Origin: Treponemataceae bacterium
GTDB taxonomy: Bacteria; Spirochaetota; Spirochaetia; Treponematales; Rectinemataceae
NCBI GenBank assembly: GCA_963677895.2
Contig: CAXXGJ010000018.1
Location: forward strand, 512,001 to 576,000
Length of the DNA: 64,000 nucleotides
Direction of reading: 5' to 3'
Below are positions 8,168-17,892 of this stretch, piece after piece; the stretch's first letter is position 1; each line of letters opens with the position of its first letter. The translations under genes were made by a program, and so were the position numbers. The notes under the pieces were generated by a model, which worked only from the letters and a program-made list of their open reading frames with translations, made no database searches and was not told the DNA's origin.

Positions 8168-11100
8168 ATGAAAAAAGGACTGGGATTAATAGCGGCGGTA
8201 ACGCCGATCGTAAACGACGATGGAATGCTAAGTGGTGTGCCCAATGCTCGGGGGAATCTTGTCATAGACAAGAAGGGCGATGTGCAATACATGCCACTCG
8301 AGGCGGGAGTCCACAATATAGGATTTGGAGAACGAGGGCATCTTGCCTTCGATACGGCAAAGGTCTTAACGGCAAGGGTGGCGACATCGAAGTTGTGGGC
8401 GACTGAAGCAGCAAGAAAGTCGGTCTTCGGCGCCTCGATCGAGGTGACGGAGCGTATAGTGAACCAGGTGAGCTTTCCTACGGGACAGCAGGGATTCGAG
8501 GCGCGGGGGAAAGCGTATCACTTCGAACCCGAAGGGCTCATCTTCGAGAGTTCCGCGACACTGACACTTCCCTATGAAAGCATTGAAGGAAAAGACGACT
8601 CATGGATCAACATCTACTACTACGACAAAGAACTTTTAATGTGGGAAGTTATACCGAAGTTGTCACAGAATAGGGAGAATAAGACGATTACGGTGGAAAT
8701 CAGTCATTTCAGTGATTACGTGGCTGGTTTGTCGTCATTTCGGATCGACGAGGGAGGAAGTATTAACGGAGGAAGACAACTGGGGTATAGCGTGGATCCA
8801 TACTATGGAACGCTAATAATAAAGAGCGGGGAAGTATCGGTACAAGCTCGGGGTGTGAACCTCGAGCTTCAAGCGATGTTTAATTCTGACTATCTTTATA
8901 CAAAGTACCTTCCGACGTTTACAGGCAGTGAAACAACAGCGGGACAGAGTCTGGTACAAACCCCCAACATGAAGTATCCGTTTCTGGGGGTGGACATAAG
9001 TTCCGGCTGGTCATATGAGCTTCCTTCCTGCCAGTTTAGTGTGAATAACATGCTTACGCTGATACTCCCGGACGGGAAGAAGTACGACTTATCGCAAGCG
9101 TTGATCTGGTGGGTAGGGAAGAGTGCAGGAAGCAGCACGACAACAACACTAGCGTCGTGCCAGATCGAAAAGCCGACGGTAAATAGTATACGAATTTTGA
9201 TTCCCGAGATAGGGTATGGGATTGAGGCTTCAGTGGAGGATACCTCCTCCTATTTCATAGTTCGGTGGAACACTCTGGCAAAAGCATCGAATGTACGGAT
9301 CTATCCAGCAGACGGAAAGAAGATAATGTTTATGGCCGACGGATCGGGGAACATACAATATCTTTATGACGCAAGCGGAAAGAATTGGTTGCACTATGTG
9401 TACTCCGGGACCAAACTGCAGGCGGTAGAACACAACGACGGACGGGCGATAAAGATCTATTCGTACATGAACTCAAACAACACAAAGTCCCTCGTCTATG
9501 TCCTGTCGAGCTCGACGAACATGACAACCTTGAATGCAGAAGATCAGTTTCTCTCCCGGCGGGTGTTCGATAGCTCTGGGAGGCTTCAATACGCAGACAA
9601 GCTTGGAACGCTGTCGGGATTTTCTGCAAGCACGAGCTGGGAAGGGGTGACTGCATCGAACGAATCGATATATTTTATGGTGCTGCAGCGGACGGGCTAC
9701 AGCTACACCATGCATTCGGCGGTGGCTGGGAACACTCTTCAGGTGACAGAGCCTGGAGGTGGGTACAAGGTGTATACGTTCACGGTTTCGTTCTTTCCAG
9801 GGGGCGTCTCAACAAAAACAGCAGAACGAATTGTCGGTCAAGGAGAGGAGTCTGATACGGTCATTGATTATACCTATCTTTATCATAATAAACCAAAAGT
9901 AATGAACTATAAAGTTGCTAGGAACATCAATGAGATTCAGTCGCTAGCAGAGGTCCTCAGATACAATTATGCGAGTTCGTGTGGACGGACTTCATTTAGT
10001 ACAAACTCGTACCAGACGCAAGAGGGATCATATCCAACCCTGTGGAACACGATGCCTGCGATGACGGTGCGGGAGCAGTCGGAGTTCAATGGAGCTACTA
10101 TCTCGCAGGTGACTGAGGAAGTGCTGACCTATTCGCATACGGGAAGCACAACCGATACATATAGAGGGCTGGGTGAAGATGTAACATACTACTACGTATC
10201 CGGCACCAAGACCTTCCACGACAAGATGACACGGACCTTCACAGATGTAATATACAATGCATACTACCCATCGGTTGAAAGTTATTACGTGGGAGACTCA
10301 GCGAGCGCGAAATGGACGGTATCGTATGTCTATGACAGCTACGGCAGGAAGGTGAAGGTTACCGATAGTAGAGCGGGAAGAATGTACTATCGGTATCTGT
10401 ATGGAGGACAGAACACCGACTCAGTGTTTTCAGACAATCCCTACACCGATCCGACTGATCGGCTTTTATACACAAGCTTCGGGGTTGTACGGGGGGAGGC
10501 CGCCGAACAGAGTATCGGGGTGTATGCGAAGACGTACTTCCAATACGACAGTCTCCTGAACGCGACGACGAAACGAGTATACGACACGAGATCAGGGGCA
10601 GCAGTGACGCTAGATACAGGGTACACTTACGATGGGACGACGAATGTACTAACGGGAATCACGTACCCTTTAGGGAATGTACTGGCCTTGAGCTACGGAA
10701 CAGGGTGGAAGGGTTCATACATTATTAAGGACTCTCGGACCATGGATAATGTAACGAAGTTAGTGAACGAATTCGATTATGATTTTAGGGGCCGGAGGAC
10801 AAGCGCGACACCGAAGCTTGAGAATGGCGCGGGAAATGCGATTGTAGATGCTTCGGCACCGATCACGACGACAAGATATGTATATGATGGGCTTAGTAGG
10901 GTGACATCGAAAACGAGAATGGTAGGTGGGGAAACGACAGAGTTGTACCGGAGGGTTTACAACGATACGAATCTGACGGTGACGACTACGGATGCAAAGG
11001 GATACAGGACTTTTGCGATATATGACATATTCTTCAGGAAAATAGTAGAGGAGAGTTTTCGTCCGAACACGGAGAATCAAGGTGTGAGCTATGATGGAGT

Positions 11101-13606
11101 AGGGCAGGTGTCGGTGGGTAAGCTGAGTTGGAACTACAATTGGGTGTACCGGGATAGGGTAATAACTGACTGGGTACGAGGCTCTCCAACTGGGCCGGAG
11201 TATTACAGGATCGAAAACGGGTATGACTATCTGGGACGGCTGACAAAGGTCTCTCGTGGAGACCAGAGCGGCGTCTTGTACCAGATAAAGACGTTTAGCT
11301 ACACGGATACGGCGAATACGGTTGTGGAGAAGAACTATCGTGATATGACAAACTACACACAGACCATGACGGTGAAAGATTGGCTTGATCGGGTGACGTC
11401 GGTTACCCAGTACGCTGGTATAGGAGGAACGGGGACAACGTCGGTGACGAGCATGGGCTACAACTACGCGGGACAGGTGACGAGTAGAACGTTGGCAAAC
11501 GGGGAAACGTACACCTATGGCTACTCGCGGTCGGGACTGCTTGAGAGCATGGTGTATCCCCAGGGCAGAGGGACAGAAACCTACACGTACGATTACAACG
11601 GGCGTCTGACGACGAAGACAGACGTTGGTGGCAACACGACGACCTATGAGTACAATTTAGCCGACCTTGAGACACAGCGGAAGTCAACCGCAACCGCAAC
11701 AGAAAAGGAGTGGGTGTGGGTGGTGGCTACCTATTCACAGTACGGGCCGAAAGAAGTGACTAAGTATTCTGGTCTTGTAGGAGAACTCCATGATGAGTAC
11801 TCGTATGCGTATAACTCAGGTGCGCTAACGACGACCGAGACGAGATGGATTGGTGGAACAGGTATGTCGGGTATGTCGTCGGTGTCGCATGGGTATGATG
11901 TAGCGGGGAACTTACGGACGCTGTCGGTGACGGGGTTTGACGGGAGCTTTTCGAAAACGCTCAACTACTCGCTGCCCTACTTTGGGGGAGACGGGAGCTC
12001 CAGTGATCGATCGATGAAGGTATCCACAGGGAGCACGGCGCTAGGGACGATCTCGACGAACTATGCAGGGACGAGGAATACCACGACCTATGGCTCTGGA
12101 CTTACTACTGCCTATACGAATTATGATGTGTTTATGCGTCCATGGCTTATTGACAATCCGGGGAGTGAGTACGATCAGAGTTACGTCTATGACTGGCAGG
12201 GGAACACAACGAGCTGGAACGGGACGAGCTACGCGTACGATGGGATGAACCGGCTTACGACGGGTGGATACAACTACGACATCATAGGGAACCAGAGTGC
12301 GGCGCCGGGAAGCGTAAGCTACTCATATGTGGCGAACTCAGGACAACCCACGATGCGCCTTGACTACAAGACGGTGAGCGGAGTGACGACGGACTATACG
12401 GACGATGAGAACCTCGCGAACCTTGTGTCGGTGGCGGGGAAGTATACCAACCTCGCTTATGATCCGACCAACCGGCTTATCTCGCTGTATGATGTGATCC
12501 GGGGAGTAACGGACAGCTATCGGTACGGGCCTGAAGGGTTGCGGTATAAGGAAACCGAAGGAGCGATGAGTGGGAGCTCTAAGACGACCTACTACCTGTA
12601 TGAGGGGAACGATATCCTGTACGAGGAAGGGTACGAAGGAAGCACGAAGACCTTCTCGAAGCTAAATATATATGTAGGAGGAGTCAACATCGGGAGGATC
12701 AGAAAGGTAGGGAGTACGGAGAGTGTTCAGTACTTCTACAATGACCTCCTTGGTTCACGGCGTGCGGTGACGGACAGTACGGGTGTGGTGCAGGCGAAGA
12801 TCGACTACAGCGTATGGGGAGTGCCTACGGTAACGAACTACAACGGGTACGACGGAAGCCTCGATGTGTCGTACACGGGGAAGGAGCGGGATGCGATGGG
12901 GTTGTACTACTTCAATGCGAGGTATTATGACCCGAGTATTGGAAGGTTCATCACAGAGGACCCAGCTAGGAATGACATGAATTGGTTCGTATATTGCGGA
13001 AACAATCCATTATCTTTCATAGATCCCTCGGGGTTACTGAATGAACATACTTTAGTGATGCAAGAAAATATGCGTTACCGTTACGATGTAGCAAAAAAGG
13101 AAGCCGAAGATACAACATTAAAACAGCAAAATGACAAGATAGCCTATCAAGAATGGGAGAAAGATGTAACCGACAAATGCAAGGATGCATACGATGCCTT
13201 TAATAAAGGCGATGAAGCAACCGCGAATTCGCTACTGATCCACGCGAGTAATGTGACTTCGTGGAATAACAGGCAATCGACTGCTACAGGGGCGTCGTTT
13301 GGAGATGTAGTTAAAAGTTGGTGGCAAAAAAGCAACGGCGCACCCTTAACTCCGCAAGAAGCTAATATTCAAAAGGTAGTGGGAGTATCGGAAATGGGTA
13401 TTGGCGGAGCTGGAATGATAGTAACTGTTGTTCCAACACACGGGATTGGAATATTTGGTTCATTATATGTAATGGCCGATGGAGGTTATTTGCTATCGCA
13501 AGGCATGAATAACATAAAAGCGAATCCAGGCTCCATGTATATCGTCTTGGCTAATCCTATTGTTTCAGCCGTCAATAGCTTTACATTTGCTGTTCCATTC
13601 CCATAA
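8168..13606 (+). CDS. RHS/YD-repeat polymorphic toxin with N-terminal ZU5-like domain
   Basis: 1812 aa with many YD/YxYD repeats. RHS core YTGKERD..GLYYFNARYYDPSIGRF...NNPLSFIDPSGL. N-terminal FEPEGLIF...TITVEISHFSDY. Confidence 0.93.
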   Translation: MKKGLGLIAAVTPIVNDDGMLSGVPNARGNLVIDKKGDVQYMPLEAGVHNIGFGERGHLAFDTAKVLTARVATSKLWATEAARKSVFGASIEVTERIVNQVSFPTGQQGFEARGKAYHFEPEGLIFESSATLTLPYESIEGKDDSWINIYYYDKELLMWEVIPKLSQNRENKTITVEISHFSDYVAGLSSFRIDEGGSINGGRQLGYSVDPYYGTLIIKSGEVSVQARGVNLELQAMFNSDYLYTKYLPTFTGSETTAGQSLVQTPNMKYPFLGVDISSGWSYELPSCQFSVNNMLTLILPDGKKYDLSQALIWWVGKSAGSSTTTTLASCQIEKPTVNSIRILIPEIGYGIEASVEDTSSYFIVRWNTLAKASNVRIYPADGKKIMFMADGSGNIQYLYDASGKNWLHYVYSGTKLQAVEHNDGRAIKIYSYMNSNNTKSLVYVLSSSTNMTTLNAEDQFLSRRVFDSSGRLQYADKLGTLSGFSASTSWEGVTASNESIYFMVLQRTGYSYTMHSAVAGNTLQVTEPGGGYKVYTFTVSFFPGGVSTKTAERIVGQGEESDTVIDYTYLYHNKPKVMNYKVARNINEIQSLAEVLRYNYASSCGRTSFSTNSYQTQEGSYPTLWNTMPAMTVREQSEFNGATISQVTEEVLTYSHTGSTTDTYRGLGEDVTYYYVSGTKTFHDKMTRTFTDVIYNAYYPSVESYYVGDSASAKWTVSYVYDSYGRKVKVTDSRAGRMYYRYLYGGQNTDSVFSDNPYTDPTDRLLYTSFGVVRGEAAEQSIGVYAKTYFQYDSLLNATTKRVYDTRSGAAVTLDTGYTYDGTTNVLTGITYPLGNVLALSYGTGWKGSYIIKDSRTMDNVTKLVNEFDYDFRGRRTSATPKLENGAGNAIVDASAPITTTRYVYDGLSRVTSKTRMVGGETTELYRRVYNDTNLTVTTTDAKGYRTFAIYDIFFRKIVEESFRPNTENQGVSYDGVGQVSVGKLSWNYNWVYRDRVITDWVRGSPTGPEYYRIENGYDYLGRLTKVSRGDQSGVLYQIKTFSYTDTANTVVEKNYRDMTNYTQTMTVKDWLDRVTSVTQYAGIGGTGTTSVTSMGYNYAGQVTSRTLANGETYTYGYSRSGLLESMVYPQGRGTETYTYDYNGRLTTKTDVGGNTTTYEYNLADLETQRKSTATATEKEWVWVVATYSQYGPKEVTKYSGLVGELHDEYSYAYNSGALTTTETRWIGGTGMSGMSSVSHGYDVAGNLRTLSVTGFDGSFSKTLNYSLPYFGGDGSSSDRSMKVSTGSTALGTISTNYAGTRNTTTYGSGLTTAYTNYDVFMRPWLIDNPGSEYDQSYVYDWQGNTTSWNGTSYAYDGMNRLTTGGYNYDIIGNQSAAPGSVSYSYVANSGQPTMRLDYKTVSGVTTDYTDDENLANLVSVAGKYTNLAYDPTNRLISLYDVIRGVTDSYRYGPEGLRYKETEGAMSGSSKTTYYLYEGNDILYEEGYEGSTKTFSKLNIYVGGVNIGRIRKVGSTESVQYFYNDLLGSRRAVTDSTGVVQAKIDYSVWGVPTVTNYNGYDGSLDVSYTGKERDAMGLYYFNARYYDPSIGRFITEDPARNDMNWFVYCGNNPLSFIDPSGLLNEHTLVMQENMRYRYDVAKKEAEDTTLKQQNDKIAYQEWEKDVTDKCKDAYDAFNKGDEATANSLLIHASNVTSWNNRQSTATGASFGDVVKSWWQKSNGAPLTPQEANIQKVVGVSEMGIGGAGMIVTVVPTHGIGIFGSLYVMADGGYLLSQGMNNIKANPGSMYIVLANPIVSAVNSFTFAVPFP

Positions 13607-13621
13607 TATTGGAGAGTAGTC

Positions 13622-13843
13622 ATGGACTATATTGGTTTGTTGCTTATTATACTTTTTTCGCTATTTATTGATGCTATATCAGTCAAAAATATAATGATCG
13701 GTAAGGGCAAGGTGGTTCATTCTGACTTACTGTTGGAGCGGAAACAAAAGGCTATTTATAAAAGAGGAATAGTTGGCCTAGTACTTTCGCTTGTTTGCGG
13801 TGCATTTTTAAGCTATATATTCATTATTATATTATTAAAATAA
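13622..13843 (+). CDS. Small two-TM protein, putative cognate immunity protein
   Basis: 73 aa, 15 nt after the RHS stop, GGAG RBS, two hydrophobic helices. Confidence 0.6.
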   Translation: MDYIGLLLIILFSLFIDAISVKNIMIGKGKVVHSDLLLERKQKAIYKRGIVGLVLSLVCGAFLSYIFIIILLK

Positions 13844-13914
13844 TTAGGTCAATCGAATATTTTGCTGACCTAACCAGTATTAAAGAGTGGCGAATCTTGG
13901 TATCAGTCACTTTT

Positions 13915-13975
13915 GTCTAACGCGGCTTCAACCTGACGCCACCTTTGGCGGCGCAGGTTAAGCGAAAGGTTAGGC
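13915..13975 (+). repeat. Integron attC site (apparently intact)
   Basis: R'' GTCTAAC ... R' GTTAGGC. Inner stem GCTT(C)AACCTG(A)CGCCA / TGGCG..GCAGGTTAAGC with unpaired C and A, i.e. extrahelical G and T on the bottom strand. Confidence 0.8.
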
Positions 13976-14050
13976 TAAGCCAATGAAATATAGCGGCCGC
14001 TTTGGTACTCACCAGGGCGGCCGTTCTATTGTCGAGCCAATAAAAGATCC

Positions 14051-14106
14051 CGGTTAACCTGCGAGCGTCGTGTTCCAAAGGAACAGACGCGAGTTAGGTT
14101 GAACCG
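14051..14106 (-). repeat. Degenerate attC-like site in inverted orientation
   Basis: Minus strand reads CGGTT(C)AACCTAAC...GCAGGTTAACCG with an internal hairpin. R boxes are decayed. Confidence 0.55.
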
Positions 14107-14229
14107 TTTTTTTTATTGCTCGAAGAGTTCTGCCACACCAATGAAGAGCTGCCACGGGGGCTGTGCCACCTTGGCTTACTGAAGAAGGCTACGAGAATCC
14201 CGGCGCTTTTTAGCTATAAAGTGAAAGGT

Positions 14230-14604
14230 AATCTCATTCATCACTCGGAACGTGGTTCTCAATATCTATCTATTCGCTACAGTGAACGCTTGACTGAAGC
14301 AGGCATTGAAGCGTCGGTCAGCAGCGTGGGTGATGGCTACAACAATGCTCTGGCGGAAACGATCAATGGCCTTTTTAAGACGGAGGTTATTCATCGTAGC
14401 GTTGCGGACCATGGAGAGGATTGGACGCTGTGGAATACGCTACACTCGAATGGGGTCGACTGGTTCAACAACCGAAGGCTGCTCGAACCAATCGGTAATA
14501 TTCCACCAGCGGAGTTCGAAGAATTATATTATACTGAACAAGAAGTCTTGGCTTAAGGAGCCGGACTCACATAATCAGGACTCCGATAAACCCTGGGCGG
14601 TTCA
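14230..14604 (+). pseudogene. IS3-family transposase C-terminal remnant with right end
   Basis: HHSERGSQY...NALAETINGLFKTE...WFNNRRLLEPIGNIPPAEFE. GPWRGLDAVEYATLEW lies in another frame (frameshifts). The element end reads ...GGGCGGTTCA at 14604. Confidence 0.85.
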
Positions 14605-14732
14605 GGTGGGCCAGAGAACGATATTAACAATCCTGGGATCATTGAATTTATAGAGGTAGTCCTCCTAAAACAGGTGAACTACGGCAATATAATTGGAATG
14701 CCCTCAATATATGGCAATAGTGAGGAGAAAAA

Positions 14733-15221
14733 ATGCGACGTACTTTTTTCGTAGTACTTTTTTGTGCCCTATTTTGTTTTCCAGCGATGTCTCAAAGCTC
14801 TACAACATTGCTCAATATATTTTTTGGGGGGAATGGATATACAGATGAAAAAATGGGAATCACCACAAAAGACGGAATGGAACTTTATCTTGCCCGCCAA
14901 ATCGAAAGTGTGAATACCACAAACTCAAAGAAAGTATTAGTATATGGCAGTTCTCAAAATGGTATCAGGATTTTTCTTCAAATACTGGGGCCAATGATTG
15001 TCGATAGCTCAGGAAGGGTGATCGCAGATGTTTCATCTATTCCAGGTGCTTTTTGGGCATGGCGAATTGAACTGTTGCGAAAAAGTCACAGCACGGATGT
15101 TGGTTTATCTATAGATTGTATATCAAATTCTGGCAAAAGCATTACCGATTATCCGAGCATTGTTTGGGATGAAACGAAAAATGCTTTTTACCTCGATACT
15201 GTTGATCGCAGTCAGTTTTAA
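14733..15221 (+). CDS. Hypothetical exported protein
   Basis: 162 aa, GAGGAG RBS, signal-peptide-like MRRTFFVVLFCALFCFPAMS. Confidence 0.7.
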   Translation: MRRTFFVVLFCALFCFPAMSQSSTTLLNIFFGGNGYTDEKMGITTKDGMELYLARQIESVNTTNSKKVLVYGSSQNGIRIFLQILGPMIVDSSGRVIADVSSIPGAFWAWRIELLRKSHSTDVGLSIDCISNSGKSITDYPSIVWDETKNAFYLDTVDRSQF

Positions 15222-15289
15222 AATAGTTCAGATCCAATATGAACGAAGCATATGTAGTGCTGTAAAGTTCAAGCTGTATGCCTATTCAA

Positions 15290-15510
15290 GGCGAGGTAAT
15301 GATACCTCAAAGACGTTTGATCGCATTCAGATGACTAAAAGCATGACCTCAGATTATACAACCAAAATGGAAATTTATCGTTTTGATGATGTTTTCGATG
15401 TTAAAGCGTTTGATGGTCCTCCAACTCGGAGGGGGACTGCTAACGCTTTGAGTGATCATTGCTCAGTTTGGGTAGACTTATATATCGACAGAGATAATGA
15501 TACCGAGTAA
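15290..15510 (+). pseudogene. C-terminal fragment of an endonuclease/exonuclease/phosphatase (DNase I-like) gene
   Basis: TFDRI...LSDHCSVWV resembles the family YDRI / SDHxPV motifs. No N-terminal half is seen. Confidence 0.55.
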
Positions 15511-15989
15511 GCACCCTATATGCAAAACTTGGAAATAATTATTCGGTATACAATTCTATCTTGTTTTGATGAAAGGCTTATCTTTCATGCAGAGTCTAGC
15601 AACATAGAGCGATCAAGAAATTCCTCTGTCATTATGATTAGGCGAGCTATATGTGAAAGGCGAATCATGTCTTGTGCATTCTGGAACGCATTCTATGCTA
15701 CACTCCAGAAGTTGATGTTATTCTCGATTATACAACATACCAGAAATCTTTTTTCTATTCTTGGCAATGCTTGGATTACAATCTGTTTGTTTGGAAATTG
15801 AAGCTTATTCGAGATTTTTTACCGTGACCCCCTTACCCCCTGAATCCGTAGAGTGGGAGTCAGCCGAAACGCTGCGGTTTACACTAAATAGCCATAGAGA
15901 TTGCACCCCCCCTCCCCATGGGTAAGAAGCTGCAGGAGGCGCCAGTCGACGCGAATGCATCGGCTTCAATCTGCTGTGGTCCGTGTCCT

Positions 15990-16295
15990 TCAGGTCGATA
16001 TTGTTGGAGTATGCACGACGATCCTGTCTTTCCTGGCCATAACGCGCTTCTTCACAGTGGTCACGGCGATCGAGATGAAGCTCCCATCATGAATCTGTAT
16101 CTCCTGCTTGCCGAATCCTCGCTTTCGAGCGACTACTCTTAGTTCCTCGATACCCTCGTATTCCGGGGGGATCGCTGTACCTCAATCAATGTATGCGTAA
16201 TAGTTCGCCGGCAGAGACAACCGTCTCATTATGCCCAGATTCTGCAAGAAATTCAGAAATTTTCGAGCATTTCTGGCCTATTCGTCTTCAGAAAG
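15990..16295 (-). pseudogene. Decayed paralog of the 19072-19390 module (small DUF2292-like ORF plus tail of the 160-aa ORF)
   Basis: 15990-16172 reads IPPEYEGIEELRVVARKRGFGKQEIQIHDGSFISIAVTTVKK..RIVVHT with ATG changed to ATC. Upstream LSEDE*ARNARKFLNFLQNL...SLPAN carries an internal stop. Confidence 0.75.
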
Positions 16296-16399
16296 GTTTT
16301 GTTTTTTGAAGGGAATTCCTGTTGGGTACTAAGCCAATGTCATGCTGACACTTCGCACCAAGAAAAGATTAATTGAATGTGGTGTAAAATCTGTGAAAA

Positions 16400-16480
16400 T
16401 GGTACATAAATCGATTACATGTACCAAAAATAAAAGATATGGTACAAATCCTTGACAAGTGTACCAAATAGATCAATACT
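16400..16480 (+). promoter_or_regulatory. fic promoter with tandem palindromic operators
   Basis: TGGTACA-N13-TGTACCA at 16400-16426 and 16440-16466. TTGACA (16452)-N17-AATACT. Confidence 0.7.
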
Positions 16481-16487
16481 GGGATAT

Positions 16488-17570
16488 ATGAAGTCCTTTG
16501 ATCCCAGTAAACCGTATGATGCCCTTCCTCTTTTACCTCCCGATCGCTCTAGAGTTGAGACTATTGCAGTATTGCGCCAGGAAAATAAGGCTATAGCTGC
16601 ATTAGCAGAGTTAAAGGGTTTAGCTAATATTATACCTAATCAGTCGATACTGATAAATGCGATTGTGCTTCAAGAAGCTAAAGATAGTTCAGAAATAGAA
16701 AACATCATTACGACAAAGGATGAATTGTATAAAGCTATTTCTTCAACTACAAAAAAGTATGATCCAGCAACAAAAGAAGTAATGTTTTATAGGGAAGCAT
16801 TATATGAAGGATTTAAGAAAATAAAAGAAAGAGATCTTTTATCCATGAATGATATTATTATTTTACAGGGAATACTGGTACAAAATAATGCTGGCATAAG
16901 GAAGTTACCTGGTACTACATTAGCCAATGATAAGACAGGCGAGATTATCTATACGCCTCCTCAGAGTGAAGAAGCTATCAATTCGTTGACGGCCAACTTG
17001 GTTAAGTATCTTAATGATGGTGAAGTAACCTTAATAAAGATGGCAATTTTGCATTACCAGTTTGAATCGATACATCCTTTTTATGATGGAAATGGAAGAA
17101 CAGGACGGATAGTAAATATACTATATTTACTATTAAAGCAATATTTAGATATACCAATACTTTACCTAAGTTCATATATAATAAAAAATAAGGAATTATA
17201 TTACAAACTTTTGCTTGGTGTCACTAAAGATGAGAAATGGGAAGACTGGATTATTTATATATTAAAAGGAGTTGAAGAAACTTCCAGAGAGACTATTGTC
17301 AAAATAAAGCAAATAAAGAATCTATTAGATAGAACGATAGAGAGAGTAAAAGAACAAGCTCCCAAAATATATTCTAAAGAGCTTGTTGAGACATTATTTG
17401 TAAATCCGTATTGTAAAGTCGAGTTTATAACCAGTTCGATTGGCGTAGAGCGAAAAGCAGCTTCAAGATACCTACATCAGTTAGTAGAAGTTGGAATACT
17501 CGAAGAATATAAGGTTGGAAAAGAAAATATTTTTATTAATAAGGATTTACTGGAAATCCTGAAAAAGTAA
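16488..17570 (+). CDS. Fic family protein (AMPylase) with C-terminal HTH
   Basis: Canonical HPFYDGNGRTGR, inhibitory-type SSEIEN motif, and C-terminal GVERKAASRYLHQLVEVGIL helix-turn-helix. Confidence 0.93.
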   Translation: MKSFDPSKPYDALPLLPPDRSRVETIAVLRQENKAIAALAELKGLANIIPNQSILINAIVLQEAKDSSEIENIITTKDELYKAISSTTKKYDPATKEVMFYREALYEGFKKIKERDLLSMNDIIILQGILVQNNAGIRKLPGTTLANDKTGEIIYTPPQSEEAINSLTANLVKYLNDGEVTLIKMAILHYQFESIHPFYDGNGRTGRIVNILYLLLKQYLDIPILYLSSYIIKNKELYYKLLLGVTKDEKWEDWIIYILKGVEETSRETIVKIKQIKNLLDRTIERVKEQAPKIYSKELVETLFVNPYCKVEFITSSIGVERKAASRYLHQLVEVGILEEYKVGKENIFINKDLLEILKK

Positions 17571-17573
17571 AAA

Positions 17574-17687
17574 ACATGACACACGCTTCAACCTTATAAT
17601 GCTCTTTGTCACGCATCTTGCGGGAAGAGTTCACAAGAAGCGCGCCAATCCCTCGCTTCGCTCGGGAGCGAGTGGTAAAGGTTATGC
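17574..17687 (+). repeat. Degenerate attC-like site after fic
   Basis: ACATGAC...CGCTTCAACCT...TTGTCACG...GCGCCAA...GTTATGC, beginning 3 nt after the fic stop. The L' arm is not canonical. Confidence 0.55.
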
Positions 17688-17892
17688 CAACGATAGACCG
17701 ATAGCCGCCTTAAAAAACAGAAAGATTGAAATAACCTCTCCAATATTCAATCAAAATCGAGAAAGCACGATGTTTCTCATATAGCTGTCAATTTTTAAAA
17801 TTATTTTAAAATAGGTCTTGCAAAGCATTTTTAATCAATATATCCCTTGCTTTAAGGATATCCCCTACATCTTAACAAAGGAAGTTGATTGT

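Noticed and set aside
14116..14556. ORF as the island integrase or an intact transposase
   Set aside because: Only a frameshifted C-terminal IS3 DDE fragment, not a tyrosine or serine integrase.
15520..15801. 93-aa ORF (also 7785-7985 and 17599-17784)
   Set aside because: No RBS or recognisable motif. The last one overlaps an attC-like site.
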